This document shows, one piece after another, positions 51,856 to 61,549 of a DNA stretch of 64,000 bases. Every line of letters starts with the position of its first letter. Positions within the stretch are counted from its first letter, which is position 1. This DNA is from Planctomycetota bacterium. GTDB lineage: Bacteria; Planctomycetota; UBA1135; UBA2386. The notes under the pieces are model-generated. The model saw only the letters and a list, made by a program, of their open reading frames with translations. It searched no databases and had not been told where the DNA came from. Location of the stretch: assembly GCA_965228735.1 (NCBI GenBank), contig OZ245838.1:1120001-1184000 (forward strand). Direction: 5' to 3'. Both the position numbers and the translations under genes were made by a program.

Positions 51856-52656
51856 GTGATCCGATCGCGCCATCTTGTCTCTGCCGCGTTGGCGATGTTC
51901 GTCATTTCTTCATGTCGCGATGACCCGTCGGCTGCGGCAGGTCGGACCGGCGAAACGGCGCCGTGGGCCGTTGAACTCGCGGCTTTGGACCCCGCCTTCG
52001 GAGGACGCGCTGCCGTCGTCGCGTGGGTCGACCGCGGTCCGCTGTGGACGTGGCGCGGGGAGCCGCGCGCCCGCGAAGCGGCGATGACGAGGTTCTTCGG
52101 CGAGCTCGACGAAGCCGCGTTGGCGCGATGCCGGGCGCAACTCGACCCGGTCGTCGCCGAGGCAGCTCTCGCGTTCCTGCGCACGGATGCCGGCCAGGCG
52201 ATGATCGAGGCGGAACTGCTGGCGATGTCGACCTTCGGTTGGCACTACGATGACCTGCCGACGCGACTTGCCGCGTGGCTCGGCGACCCTGGTCGGGTCG
52301 GACCGCACGCGCAGGAGGTCTTCCGCGAGGCCACAGAGAGCGTGATGGACGGCGGGTCCGGGTCACCGATGCAGCTCGCCCTGGTCCTGGCCGCGCGAGT
52401 CGTCGGGGAGGCCGAGGCCGGGGCCATCGGCGCGTTCCTGGCGACCGACCGAGGAGCGGCCTGGCTCGCCGGCCGCACGAACGCGTGGCCCGAAGCTCGC
52501 GACGAAGGTCGACGAGCGCTGCGGAAGCTTGCCGATGCCGGGTTCGCCCGCAACGCGACGGCGGACGCGATGGACGATCTCATCCTACCGAGGGCCGAGT
52601 TCTCGGCCCCGGCAACGGCGGAAGGGACGATCGAAGGAACGGACAGGGGGCGTTGA
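51856..52656 (+). CDS. Hypothetical lipoprotein (paralog A)
   Basis: Lipobox-like ISSC; similar to the next ORF. Confidence 0.7.
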   Translation: MIRSRHLVSAALAMFVISSCRDDPSAAAGRTGETAPWAVELAALDPAFGGRAAVVAWVDRGPLWTWRGEPRAREAAMTRFFGELDEAALARCRAQLDPVVAEAALAFLRTDAGQAMIEAELLAMSTFGWHYDDLPTRLAAWLGDPGRVGPHAQEVFREATESVMDGGSGSPMQLALVLAARVVGEAEAGAIGAFLATDRGAAWLAGRTNAWPEARDEGRRALRKLADAGFARNATADAMDDLILPRAEFSAPATAEGTIEGTDRGR

Positions 52657-52684
52657 TCCAGCGGCAGCTCGTTACCATCGCGGC

Positions 52685-53449
52685 ATGTCGTTCGTTCGCT
52701 GCTGCGTCGTCCTTGCGGTCTCATTGCTGTGCTTCGCGTGCTCCGAAGAGCCCGCCGCGACGGCGCCGCCGGTCGAGGCCGACTGGGCCGGCACGGTCCT
52801 CCGCACGGATCCGATGTTCGGCGGCGGGATGGCGGTCGTCGAGCGCGTCGAGGCGGCGCCGCAGCTGCGGTGGGCCGGTGCGGCCGAAGAACGGGCGGCG
52901 CTCGTCGAGCAGTTGATGAAGGAGCTCGACGCAACGGCGCGCGCCGACGTCGAGGAGCGCCTGCGACCCGAGGTCGCCGCGGCCGGGAGCGAGTTCCTGC
53001 GGTCCAAGGCGGGCATCGCGTTGCTCGCCGCCGAGGCGACGGCCGTCGCGGGTGGAGCCGGAATGTTCGACGACCTGCCGCAGCGGCTCGGGCACCGGGC
53101 CGGGGATCCGGCGAAGGTGAAGGACGCCGCCGAGCGCTTCCAGGCGGTCTCGGAGAAGCACGTCGACCGGGGCGCGGTCTCGCCGTTCGTCCTCGCGGAG
53201 CTGCTCGCGCTCTCCCGCATCGAGGCCGCTGAATCGACCGCGATCGGCACGTTCCTCGCGACGGACCTCGGCGCGGCCTGGCTGCAGGCCCGCACCGGTG
53301 CCTGGCCCGAGGCGCGCCGGCGCGTCGACAGCGTGCTGGCGATCCTGCAGAAGGACGGCTTCGTCGAGAACACCCTCGAGGGCCGGCTGCCGGACCTGCT
53401 GCTCCCGGGCCCGGAATCGGTTGAGGCGGAGGGCGGGACCGGCCGATGA
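52685..53449 (+). CDS. Hypothetical lipoprotein (paralog B)
   Basis: Lipobox CFAC; shares DP.FGG, DDLP.RL and FLATD.GAAWL..RT.AWPEAR with paralog A. Confidence 0.72.
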   Translation: MSFVRCCVVLAVSLLCFACSEEPAATAPPVEADWAGTVLRTDPMFGGGMAVVERVEAAPQLRWAGAAEERAALVEQLMKELDATARADVEERLRPEVAAAGSEFLRSKAGIALLAAEATAVAGGAGMFDDLPQRLGHRAGDPAKVKDAAERFQAVSEKHVDRGAVSPFVLAELLALSRIEAAESTAIGTFLATDLGAAWLQARTGAWPEARRRVDSVLAILQKDGFVENTLEGRLPDLLLPGPESVEAEGGTGR

Positions 53450-53458
53450 CATCGGCGT

Positions 53459-53977
53459 ATGAAGTTCGAAAGGACCGAACTCGAGGGCGTGCTGCGCCTC
53501 GTCCCCGAGGTCTTCGAGGACCAGCGCGGTCGCTACGTCGAGATCTTCGACTCGGAGAAGTATCGCGCGGCGACGGGCGGCGTCGAGTTCGTGCAGGACG
53601 ACGTGTCCGTGTCCTGGGCGAACGTGCTGCGCGGGCTGCACGGTGACTGGGAGACGACCAAGCTCGTCAGCGTGCTGAGCGGCCGCGGCTACGCGATCAT
53701 CGCGGACAACCGGCCCGAGTCACCGACCTACCGCCACTGGCAGTCGTTCGAACTGTCCGGCGAGAACCGCGTGCAGCTGCTGCTGCCGCCGGGCATCGGC
53801 AACTCGATCCTCGCGCTCGAGGGGCCGCTGGTCTACTGGTACAAGCAGGACACGCACTTCGAACCCGGGCGGCAGTTCACGATCCGCTGGGACGACCCGG
53901 AGTGGGGGTTCCGTTGGCCGATCGAGGATCCGATCCTCAGCGAACGCGACCAGGCGGGCGGCTATGTCCACGCGTGA
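53459..53977 (+). CDS. dTDP-4-dehydrorhamnose 3,5-epimerase family (cupin NDP-sugar epimerase)
   Basis: FEDQRG, FVQDD, VLRGLH, IRWDDP, PILSERD. Confidence 0.88.
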   Translation: MKFERTELEGVLRLVPEVFEDQRGRYVEIFDSEKYRAATGGVEFVQDDVSVSWANVLRGLHGDWETTKLVSVLSGRGYAIIADNRPESPTYRHWQSFELSGENRVQLLLPPGIGNSILALEGPLVYWYKQDTHFEPGRQFTIRWDDPEWGFRWPIEDPILSERDQAGGYVHA

Positions 53978-55028
53978 CGGCGACGGGAACGACCCGGTGA
54001 TCCCGCGTGCGCCCAAGCAGGCGCCGCGCTGCCTCATCACCGGCTTCACCGGCATGGTCGGCAGCCACCTCGCCGACCACCTGCTCGCGACGACGGACTG
54101 GGAGGTGCACGGCTTCCTGCGCTGGAACGACGACCTCAGCAACGTCGAGCACCTGCTCCCGCGCGCCAACGCCGGCGACCGCGTGCAGCTCACCTACGGC
54201 GACCTCAACGACCTGCCGTCGCTGCAGCACGCGGTCCGCACCATCCGGCCCGACTACGTCTTTCACCTCGCGGCGCAGAGCTATCCGAAGACCAGCTTCG
54301 ACGCGCCGCTCGAGACGCTGCAGACGAACATCCTCGGCACCGCCAACCTGCTCGAGGCGATCCGCCACGGCCCGGTCGAGCCGGTCGTGCACGTGTGCGC
54401 GAGCTCCGAGGTCTTCGGTCGCGTGCCGCAGGAGCTGCTGCCGATCCACGAGGATCGACCGTTCCACCCGGCGTCGCCGTATGCGATCAGCAAGGTCGGC
54501 ACCGACCTCGTCGGCCGCTTCTACGCCGAGGCCTACGGCATGTGCGTGATGACGACGCGCATGTTCACGCACACGGGTCCGCGGCGCGGCGACGTGTTCG
54601 CGGAGTCGACGTTCTGTAAGCAGATCGCGCTGATCGAAGAAGGGCGGATCCCGCCCGTTCTCAAGACCGGCAACCTCGATTCGCTGCGCACGTGGAGCGA
54701 CGTGCGCGACGCCGTGCGCGCGTATCACCTGCTCGTCACGAAGAACCCGACGCCCGGCGCCTACTACAACATCGGCGGCACGTTCAGCTGCACGGTGGGC
54801 GACATGCTGAACCACCTGCTGTCGCTGTCGACGCGGGACGACATCGAGGTCGTCACCGACCCGGAGCGGCTGCGCCCCGTCGACGCGGACCTGCAGGTGC
54901 CGGACACGACGAAGTTCACGAAGCACACGGGCTGGCAACCCGAGATCACGTTCGAGCAGACGATGCAGGACCTGCTGGACTACTGGCGCGAACGCGTCTC
55001 CACGGGGCGCGAGTTCCTCGTTCGCTGA
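53964..55028 (+). CDS. GDP-mannose 4,6-dehydratase family (possibly acting on GDP-heptose)
   Basis: ITGFTGMVGSHL, HLAAQS, SSEVFG, SPYAISK, GNLDSLR. Confidence 0.88.
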   Translation: MSTRDGDGNDPVIPRAPKQAPRCLITGFTGMVGSHLADHLLATTDWEVHGFLRWNDDLSNVEHLLPRANAGDRVQLTYGDLNDLPSLQHAVRTIRPDYVFHLAAQSYPKTSFDAPLETLQTNILGTANLLEAIRHGPVEPVVHVCASSEVFGRVPQELLPIHEDRPFHPASPYAISKVGTDLVGRFYAEAYGMCVMTTRMFTHTGPRRGDVFAESTFCKQIALIEEGRIPPVLKTGNLDSLRTWSDVRDAVRAYHLLVTKNPTPGAYYNIGGTFSCTVGDMLNHLLSLSTRDDIEVVTDPERLRPVDADLQVPDTTKFTKHTGWQPEITFEQTMQDLLDYWRERVSTGREFLVR

Positions 55029-55046
55029 GCGCGAACGAGCAGGGCT

Positions 55047-56594
55047 TCACACCTCGACCATGCGCCGCGTCAGGTCGACGCGACTGCGACCGCCGCGATA
55101 CCAGTAGTTCGCCGGCCGGTGGATCGCGAGCGGATCCGGCCGGTCGGTGCCGTTCGGCAGCACGTCGTCGCGGACGAAGTAGGCGTTCACGCCGGCCTGG
55201 TTGCAGTAGACGAGCGTGTAGCCCTTCTCGCGACCGAGCTTCTCGAGCGCGAGCAGGCTCGCGCCGTAGTAGTCGCTGCCGTCCCAGCGGTGATCGGGGT
55301 CGTAGGGCATCGTCAGCGCGCGGTCCTTCGCGAGGTTGCCGTTGTACTCGGCGACGACGACCCGCGGTCGCCGCTCGATCGCGCGCCACACCCAGTAGTC
55401 GTTGCCGTCGAGGTCGATCGACATCAGGTCCGGCTCCGCCGGCACGCCGTGCTGATCGAGCAACGCGTTGATGTTCTCCGCCGTGATCCACGCCTGGTGG
55501 ATCGTGACATCGGCAGCGCCCGGTTCGACCGCGCCGTCCATGAGCACGCCGGACCAGCCCGCGAGCTGCAGCTGCCGCGTGTTGCACTCGACGCCGTCGC
55601 CGCAGCCGAACTCGACGTAGGACCGGTCCGTCGTGCCGAGAAGCTCGAACAACGCAGCGAGCACGCCGTCGTCTCCGCACTGGCTCGTGACCTTGCGCTC
55701 GAAGCGCTCGAGGTCGAACGGCGAGGCCAGCGGCGCATGGATCGGCAGGTCCGCGGTCGAGAGCGGCGGGTCGAACACATCGTCAGCGTCGCTCTCCGGC
55801 GCCGGAGCATCCTGCGCGAACAGCTCGAGGACCTCGTCGTTCGCGGTGCGCGGCAGCGGCGCGAGCTCGGCGCGCTGCCAACCGCGGGCGTTCGCCGCGC
55901 CCTGCATCGCGCCGTGCAGCCAGCGCCGGCTGGCGCGAATCAGCAAGCGACCGCCGGGCCGCAGAGCACCGCGCAACGAGTCGAGCAAGACCGGGAAGAA
56001 GTGGGCCGGGACGTCCTCGACGACCTCACTGATACAGACCACGTCGAAGCCGTCACCGGCCGCCGCGAGCAGCTCACCGATCCCGCCTGCCGTCACCTCG
56101 TGGCCGCGCGCGCGGGCCGCCGCGACCTGCTCCGGGTCCTGCTCGAACCCGTGAACCGCGACGCCGCGCAGCGCCAACGCGTCGAGCAGACGACCCTGCC
56201 CGCACGCGAGCTCCGCGACCAGCGAGTGGCCGACGAGCCGATCGGCGAACGCGCCGACGACGTAGCCCGGAGCGTCGGGCAGATCCTCCGCCGGCAGCCG
56301 TTCGCCCTGGATGCGGCCAGCGCGCCGCACCGCGAGCATGCTGCCGGGCAACAGCGCCTCCCGGACCGCGGCCAGGACCGCCTCGTGCGCGGCCGCGGGC
56401 AGCGCCTCGAGGTCGACCACCGCGCCATCGAACCGCTGGCGGAACGGCCGCAGGGTCGCGGCGCTCGCCGCGTCCGGCGACAGCGGCACCGTCGGGATCC
56501 CGGCCCCGGACAGGGCCGCGGCGAGCCGGTCGGACTCGCCCATGAGCGCGAGAACCATGCGGCAGCCAGCGAGCGCTTCGGCGAGTTCACGCAT
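55047..56594 (-). CDS. Multidomain methyltransferase (class I SAM domain plus C-terminal FkbM-like domain)
   Basis: ELACGQG, LRPGGRL; SQCGDDG, VEFGCGDG.ECNT, SIDLDGNDYW, GASL, GVNAYFVR. Confidence 0.78.
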   Translation of the reverse strand: MRELAEALAGCRMVLALMGESDRLAAALSGAGIPTVPLSPDAASAATLRPFRQRFDGAVVDLEALPAAAHEAVLAAVREALLPGSMLAVRRAGRIQGERLPAEDLPDAPGYVVGAFADRLVGHSLVAELACGQGRLLDALALRGVAVHGFEQDPEQVAAARARGHEVTAGGIGELLAAAGDGFDVVCISEVVEDVPAHFFPVLLDSLRGALRPGGRLLIRASRRWLHGAMQGAANARGWQRAELAPLPRTANDEVLELFAQDAPAPESDADDVFDPPLSTADLPIHAPLASPFDLERFERKVTSQCGDDGVLAALFELLGTTDRSYVEFGCGDGVECNTRQLQLAGWSGVLMDGAVEPGAADVTIHQAWITAENINALLDQHGVPAEPDLMSIDLDGNDYWVWRAIERRPRVVVAEYNGNLAKDRALTMPYDPDHRWDGSDYYGASLLALEKLGREKGYTLVYCNQAGVNAYFVRDDVLPNGTDRPDPLAIHRPANYWYRGGRSRVDLTRRMVEV

Positions 56595-56652
56595 GCGGGG
56601 ATCATCGCCGAGCCGCTGGTATCACAGAACCGGCGACTCCATGCTTTCCGCG

Positions 56653-57324
56653 ATGTCGCGCCGCTTCGCCCTCGCTCTGCTTCTCGCCGCCGCCCTCGCC
56701 GGCTGCGCCCTCGGCCCGATGCCCGAGGGCACCGCGCGCGGGCTCATCGCGTTCGATCCCACGCCACCGAGCGGCGCCGAAGTCTGGGACCGGCCGAGCT
56801 TCCGGGTCGGCGACCGCTACACGCTGCTGCAGGGCGGCGTGCGGGAGCTGCCGTTCGCGGTCGTTCAGGCGGACGACACCGGCGTGGTGGTGCAGGACGC
56901 CCGCGGGTTCTTGCTCCGGCGCGACCCGGACCTCGGCTATCTCGGCCAGTGGAACCCGAAGGGCGAGCCGCTGCGCCTGCTGACACCGGTCGACGCGCGG
57001 TTTCATTGGCCGCTCTGGGTCGGCAAGTCGTGGCGCTGCGAGATCCTCGACCGCCGGCGTGAGCGGCCGTCGCGCCGCATCGAGGTCGAGTATCGGGTCG
57101 AGGACCAGGACCGGATCACGGTGCCGGGCGGCACCTTCGACACCCTGCGGATCGCGCGCGTCGAGCGGCTGCTGATCGAGGGCGAGACGTTCCTCGAACG
57201 GACCTCCCTGACCTGGTATGCGCCGGCGATCGGTCTCGAGGTGCGCCAGCTGAACGCGACGGCCGCGGGCACGATGTTCGAGCTCGCGAGCTGGACGCGG
57301 GCGGCGGATCCGGCAGGTTCGTAG
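56653..57324 (+). CDS. Hypothetical lipoprotein (beta-rich)
   Basis: Lipobox LAGC; WPLWVGKSW, ITVPGGTFD, WYAP.IG. Confidence 0.78.
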   Translation: MSRRFALALLLAAALAGCALGPMPEGTARGLIAFDPTPPSGAEVWDRPSFRVGDRYTLLQGGVRELPFAVVQADDTGVVVQDARGFLLRRDPDLGYLGQWNPKGEPLRLLTPVDARFHWPLWVGKSWRCEILDRRRERPSRRIEVEYRVEDQDRITVPGGTFDTLRIARVERLLIEGETFLERTSLTWYAPAIGLEVRQLNATAAGTMFELASWTRAADPAGS

Positions 57325-57387
57325 ACTGGTTCGCAGGCTGGGCATAGCCACCGGCCGCGAACGGCCAGCCCGAACGGCCCGTACAAG

Positions 57388-57451
57388 GCGCCGCCCCGGT
57401 TAGCGAAGCCGCTCAGCGAAGCCGAGCGGCCGCGTCGAACCGGGGCGGTGC
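57388..57451. terminator. Nested stem-loop between convergent genes, possible terminator
   Basis: gcgccgccccggtt pairs with aaccggggcggtgc; inner stem gccgctc/gagcggc. Confidence 0.45.
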
Positions 57452-57477
57452 GGTCGAGCAGAGACCTGACTGCTCGA

Positions 57478-57828
57478 CTACATGCCGCCTTCGGCCGTGA
57501 GGAACTTGCCGTCGCCGATCAGGCTGCCGACGGCGCCGTCGGTGGCCTCGATGTTGGCGTGCTTGAAGCCCGTGCCCTTGCCGTCCCAGGCGTCCTTGAA
57601 CCAGAAGAAGTAGGCGTCGCCGACGAAGAAGTCGCCGATGCCGGCGCCGAAGTTCATCAACGGGATGACCGGGATGACCCAGAGCGCCGCGCTGATCCAC
57701 GGCTGGTTCACGTACATCTTCTGATCCCAGTCGTCGACCGTGCGCTTGAGCTGGTGCGGACCAGCGAGGCACGAGGTCAGCGATAGAGCGGCCGTGCAGG
57801 CCAGTGCAGTTGCGAAGTGCTTGCGCAT
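57478..57828 (-). CDS. DUF3332-like lipoprotein
   Basis: Lipobox LTSC; W...N..W...IPV...GDFFV.D..FFW pattern. Confidence 0.72.
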   Translation of the reverse strand: MRKHFATALACTAALSLTSCLAGPHQLKRTVDDWDQKMYVNQPWISAALWVIPVIPLMNFGAGIGDFFVGDAYFFWFKDAWDGKGTGFKHANIEATDGAVGSLIGDGKFLTAEGGM

Positions 57829-58140
57829 GTTTCTCTGAAACCTTGGTTGAGGTAGCGGAGCGCCGGGCCCCCTGGGGCGGCGCCACCGGTGACAGGCGAG
57901 ACGCTAGACGCGGCTGGAACGGCCCGCAAGCCTGAACTCGCATTGCCATCGCGGTTTGGGGTGTTCCCGCACCCTGGCCCCCCGGAAGTGGAGGCAGAAG
58001 GGCGGACCGCCCGGCAAAGAAATCGCTGAGCTTCCGCCCGGGCACCCCGTTGCCCGTTCGGCACGCTAGGATACGTCCCGGCGAACCACGTCGGCCGTTC
58101 CCAAGGACCCCGAGGCCGACGCCAGCGGAGGCAGGCAAGG

Positions 58141-59208
58141 ATGCAGACCCGATCGAGCTTCTTGGCACGCACGGCAATCGTCGTCGCAGCCGTTCTCGTG
58201 GCGAGCGCGGCCGCACCGACCCCGCACGGCAGTCCGCGCGACCCGGTGACCCCGCTCGCGCGTTCGACCGCGGAGGAGGGCCTGCAGTGGCTCCTCCGCG
58301 TGCAGAACCACGACGGCTCGTGGGGGCGCGACCGCGGCATGCGGGGCGAGATCGGCAACACGGCCGTCGTCGCGCTGGCGCTCATGAGCAACGGCAGCAC
58401 GCCGTCACGCGGACGGCACTGGCGGCCGTTGCGACGCGCGCTCGACTGGCTGCGACCGCGGACCCGGCACTACGGCGAGCACCGCCAGCTCGACAGCGGC
58501 ACGTTGCTGCAACGCAAGCTCGGCCCGCACGCACCGCTGTATCTGTGCGCGCTGCTCTACGCCCAGGTGCTCGGCTTCAACGCCGACCGCCGCGAGGACG
58601 AAATGATGCGCGAGGACCTCACGGCGATGATCGCGCACATCTCGTCGCTGCAGCGCGAGGACGGCCAGTGGGAGACGAGCTACGAGCCGATGCTCACGAC
58701 GATCAGCGCGTGGCTCGCGCTCAAGCAGGCGAGCTCGACCGGCATCGCGATCGACCAGGCGTCGCCGAAGAAGGTCATCCAGTACCTGCTGCGTTGCCTC
58801 GAGAAGCCGACCGGCATCTTCCGCGAGGCCAAGTGGAACAACCAGGAACGGTTCGTGACCCAGAGCGGCGGCGTGCGCGTGCTGCACGGCGAGAACCTCG
58901 GCCACACCGAGGACGCCAAGAAGGCCGCGCGCGTCATCGCGAAGATGCGGTTCGACCAGGACGTCGGCGGCCGGCAGGGTGGTGAGGAGTTCCTCGGCGC
59001 GCTGTTCGCGGTGCAGGCGCTGCTCATCGAACGCGGGCCCAACTACGACAACTGGTACCCGCGCATCGTGAAGGCGCTCGATCGTTGTCAGGATGCGGAC
59101 GGCAGCTGGATCGGGCATCACTGCATCACGGACCGGGTGTTCTGCACCGCGTGTGCGGTGATGACGCTGCTCACGCCCGACAAGTTGCTGCCGATGAGTG
59201 AGCGTTGA
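58141..59208 (+). CDS. Prenyltransferase/squalene-oxidase-repeat protein, exported
   Basis: QNHDGSW, QREDGQW and QDADGSW repeats; signal peptide. Confidence 0.82.
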   Translation: MQTRSSFLARTAIVVAAVLVASAAAPTPHGSPRDPVTPLARSTAEEGLQWLLRVQNHDGSWGRDRGMRGEIGNTAVVALALMSNGSTPSRGRHWRPLRRALDWLRPRTRHYGEHRQLDSGTLLQRKLGPHAPLYLCALLYAQVLGFNADRREDEMMREDLTAMIAHISSLQREDGQWETSYEPMLTTISAWLALKQASSTGIAIDQASPKKVIQYLLRCLEKPTGIFREAKWNNQERFVTQSGGVRVLHGENLGHTEDAKKAARVIAKMRFDQDVGGRQGGEEFLGALFAVQALLIERGPNYDNWYPRIVKALDRCQDADGSWIGHHCITDRVFCTACAVMTLLTPDKLLPMSER

Positions 59209-60350
59209 GCTTGCGTTTTCGGATCGTTCTCGGCGCGTTCGGAGTGGTGTTCGCCGGCCTATTGATCGGTCTGCTCGGGGGAGTTTTCGGCGCGTCTTAT
59301 CTGGCGGAGCATCGGGCCGGTTTCGAACCAACACCCGCAACTCGCGCGCTGCACTGGTTGTGGGCTCAGCAGGCACCCGATGGCCTTCTCGAAGCCGATC
59401 AGTACGCGGTGCTCCGGCGCGGCGAGTCGGTTACTGCCGCCGCGCTGCTCGCAACGGCACACTGCCAGCCGAAGGAACGGTCGCGTCACAATCGCGCCAT
59501 CCGACGAGCGTTCCGAGCGCTGTCCAAGTGCGCGGAACGCGGCAACGCGCGCGACGCGTCGACCGACTACCCGTGCTACACCATCGCGTGTCAGCTGCAC
59601 GCGCTGACGATACTGCAACCGAAGGACTGGCAGCCGACCGCGCGGCGTCTGCTCGCGCGCCTGCGGCTGCTGCAGTTCAACCCGCAGAACGGTTGGTCCG
59701 AGACCGAACCCGCGTTCGGCGGCTTCGGGCTCGGCGATCGCCCGCCGACCGCGAAGGACGCGGCCGAGCTCGTGACTTTGTCGACGACGGTCGCGGCGCT
59801 CGCCGCGGCGCGCGCCGACGGTGTGCAGGTCGACGATCCGCTCGTCGTGCAGGCCAGGACCTACATCGAACGCTGTCAGCACTTCGATCCGAGCAACGGC
59901 GATCTCGATCGCCACGGCGGCTTCTTCGCGGCACCGACCGACGAGTGGCGCGGCGGCAAGGGCGGCAGCTACGACGACGGCGGCGAACGCGCCTACGGCA
60001 CGGCGACCGCCGACGGCCTGCGCGGGCTGTTGCTGTGCGGTCACGCCAAGGGCGCGCCGCGTGTGCAGGCAGCGGCCGCGTGGCTCGCTCGCCAGGCGGA
60101 CCTGCCGGTCCCCGGACTCCTCAGCGAGTTCGAGCCCGCGTTGCGGTGCTACTGGGCCGCCGCGCGCGCCCAGGCCGCGGTTGCCCTTGGCCATGAAGCG
60201 CCGCCGGCGCCGGCATGGCTGCTCGTGCGCCAGCAAACCGACGGCGAGTCCGCCGGCGCGTTCGTCGGTTTCGGCGCCGCGATGAAAGAGGACGAGCCGG
60301 TCGTGGCGACGATCCTCGCGCTTCGGGCTTTGCGGCCCGGAACGCGCTGA
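59205..60350 (+). CDS. Prenyltransferase/squalene-oxidase-repeat-like protein, membrane anchored
   Basis: N-terminal TM segment; QAPDG, GGFG, CQ...GGFF, YGTATADGL. Confidence 0.65.
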   Translation: MSLRFRIVLGAFGVVFAGLLIGLLGGVFGASYLAEHRAGFEPTPATRALHWLWAQQAPDGLLEADQYAVLRRGESVTAAALLATAHCQPKERSRHNRAIRRAFRALSKCAERGNARDASTDYPCYTIACQLHALTILQPKDWQPTARRLLARLRLLQFNPQNGWSETEPAFGGFGLGDRPPTAKDAAELVTLSTTVAALAAARADGVQVDDPLVVQARTYIERCQHFDPSNGDLDRHGGFFAAPTDEWRGGKGGSYDDGGERAYGTATADGLRGLLLCGHAKGAPRVQAAAAWLARQADLPVPGLLSEFEPALRCYWAAARAQAAVALGHEAPPAPAWLLVRQQTDGESAGAFVGFGAAMKEDEPVVATILALRALRPGTR

Positions 60351-60355
60351 AGCGG

Positions 60356-61540
60356 TCACGCTGCGGCCGCGACTGCTTCGGCAACGCGCTGCTCGAACTC
60401 GGCCAACATCGACGGCAGGGCGTGAAGCCGTCGCGCCTTCTGCAGAAACCAACGGGCCGCTCGCGCGTCTCCCGAACTCGCGTGAGCGAGCGCGAGATAG
60501 AGCGCGGTCAGGGCTCGCCCCATCACCGAGTCCGGCTGGCGCCAGGCGCCGCGCAGCATCGTGATCGCCGGTCGGAGGCGCCCGAGTTCGAGCAGGTAGA
60601 GACCCAGAGTCCGCGCGACAGCGACGTCTTTCGCTTGCTTGCCGAGCTGCTCGGCGATCGCAGCCGCTTCGCCGCCCGCTCGGTCGCCATCGCGACGGAC
60701 CAGGAAGAACAGCCGATTAACGCGCAGGGCAAGCTCGTAGTCGCGCCGGGCCGGCGCGCTCAGGTCAGCGTCCCCGAACGAGTTCTCGGCCGCGCTGAGT
60801 TCGGCGAGCGCGGCGTCGGGGCCGTCAATGGGCCAGGTGAAGATCGCTCGGTCCATCGACCGGGCGAACTCGGTCCCCGGCGCGAAGGCGACGCCCGCTA
60901 GCAGCTCGCGAGCCAAACCAGGGTCACCCTCCAAGAAGGCGCGCCAGGCTAGATGATGGCGCCGCGTGCTCTGGAACTCCTGGGCCGCCAACTCGACCTT
61001 CTGGCGATCGAACCGCGCCATTCGAGCAAGGGCCAAGACGTCGCTAGCCACTTCGATTCCCGCGAGCCGAATCTCGAACGGCAGCCATGCGATGACGGCG
61101 GCAACGGACCAGGACACGGTCGCGGTCAGAAGGAACGCCGGAATCGTCATGCTCCAGCTGCCGCGCGGCTCGATGTCGACATCCAACAGCAAGAACACCA
61201 GCGCAATGGCGCCCAGAGTCGAAGTGACGGGGCCGGCAAGGAGCATCAGCGCGGTTCGCGTGCGCCACCAACCCGGCGAATCGAAGCCGCCCATCATGAG
61301 ACCGTGGCTCCAGAACGGGCGTAGTTCGACGGTCGTCGCGCCGATCGCACGCGACCACACGAAGCGACCGGAGCCGACGTCGATCGCGTTGACCTTGCCG
61401 CCGAGCATCAACGTGACACCGGCGTGCGCGAGTTCGTGCAGCAGGATCTGAAGCCACACGGACGCGAAACCCGCGACGGCGGCCAAGAGGCCCGATGCAA
61501 CTCCCAACGCGTCGCCGAGGATCTCGAGCAGATCGCTCAC
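60356..61540 (-). CDS. M50 family site-2 metalloprotease with helical (TPR-like) C-terminus
   Basis: HELAH, LLAGP, WLP...SD; several TM segments. Confidence 0.78.
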   Translation of the reverse strand: MSDLLEILGDALGVASGLLAAVAGFASVWLQILLHELAHAGVTLMLGGKVNAIDVGSGRFVWSRAIGATTVELRPFWSHGLMMGGFDSPGWWRTRTALMLLAGPVTSTLGAIALVFLLLDVDIEPRGSWSMTIPAFLLTATVSWSVAAVIAWLPFEIRLAGIEVASDVLALARMARFDRQKVELAAQEFQSTRRHHLAWRAFLEGDPGLARELLAGVAFAPGTEFARSMDRAIFTWPIDGPDAALAELSAAENSFGDADLSAPARRDYELALRVNRLFFLVRRDGDRAGGEAAAIAEQLGKQAKDVAVARTLGLYLLELGRLRPAITMLRGAWRQPDSVMGRALTALYLALAHASSGDARAARWFLQKARRLHALPSMLAEFEQRVAEAVAAAA

Positions 61541-61549
61541 TGCGGCGCG

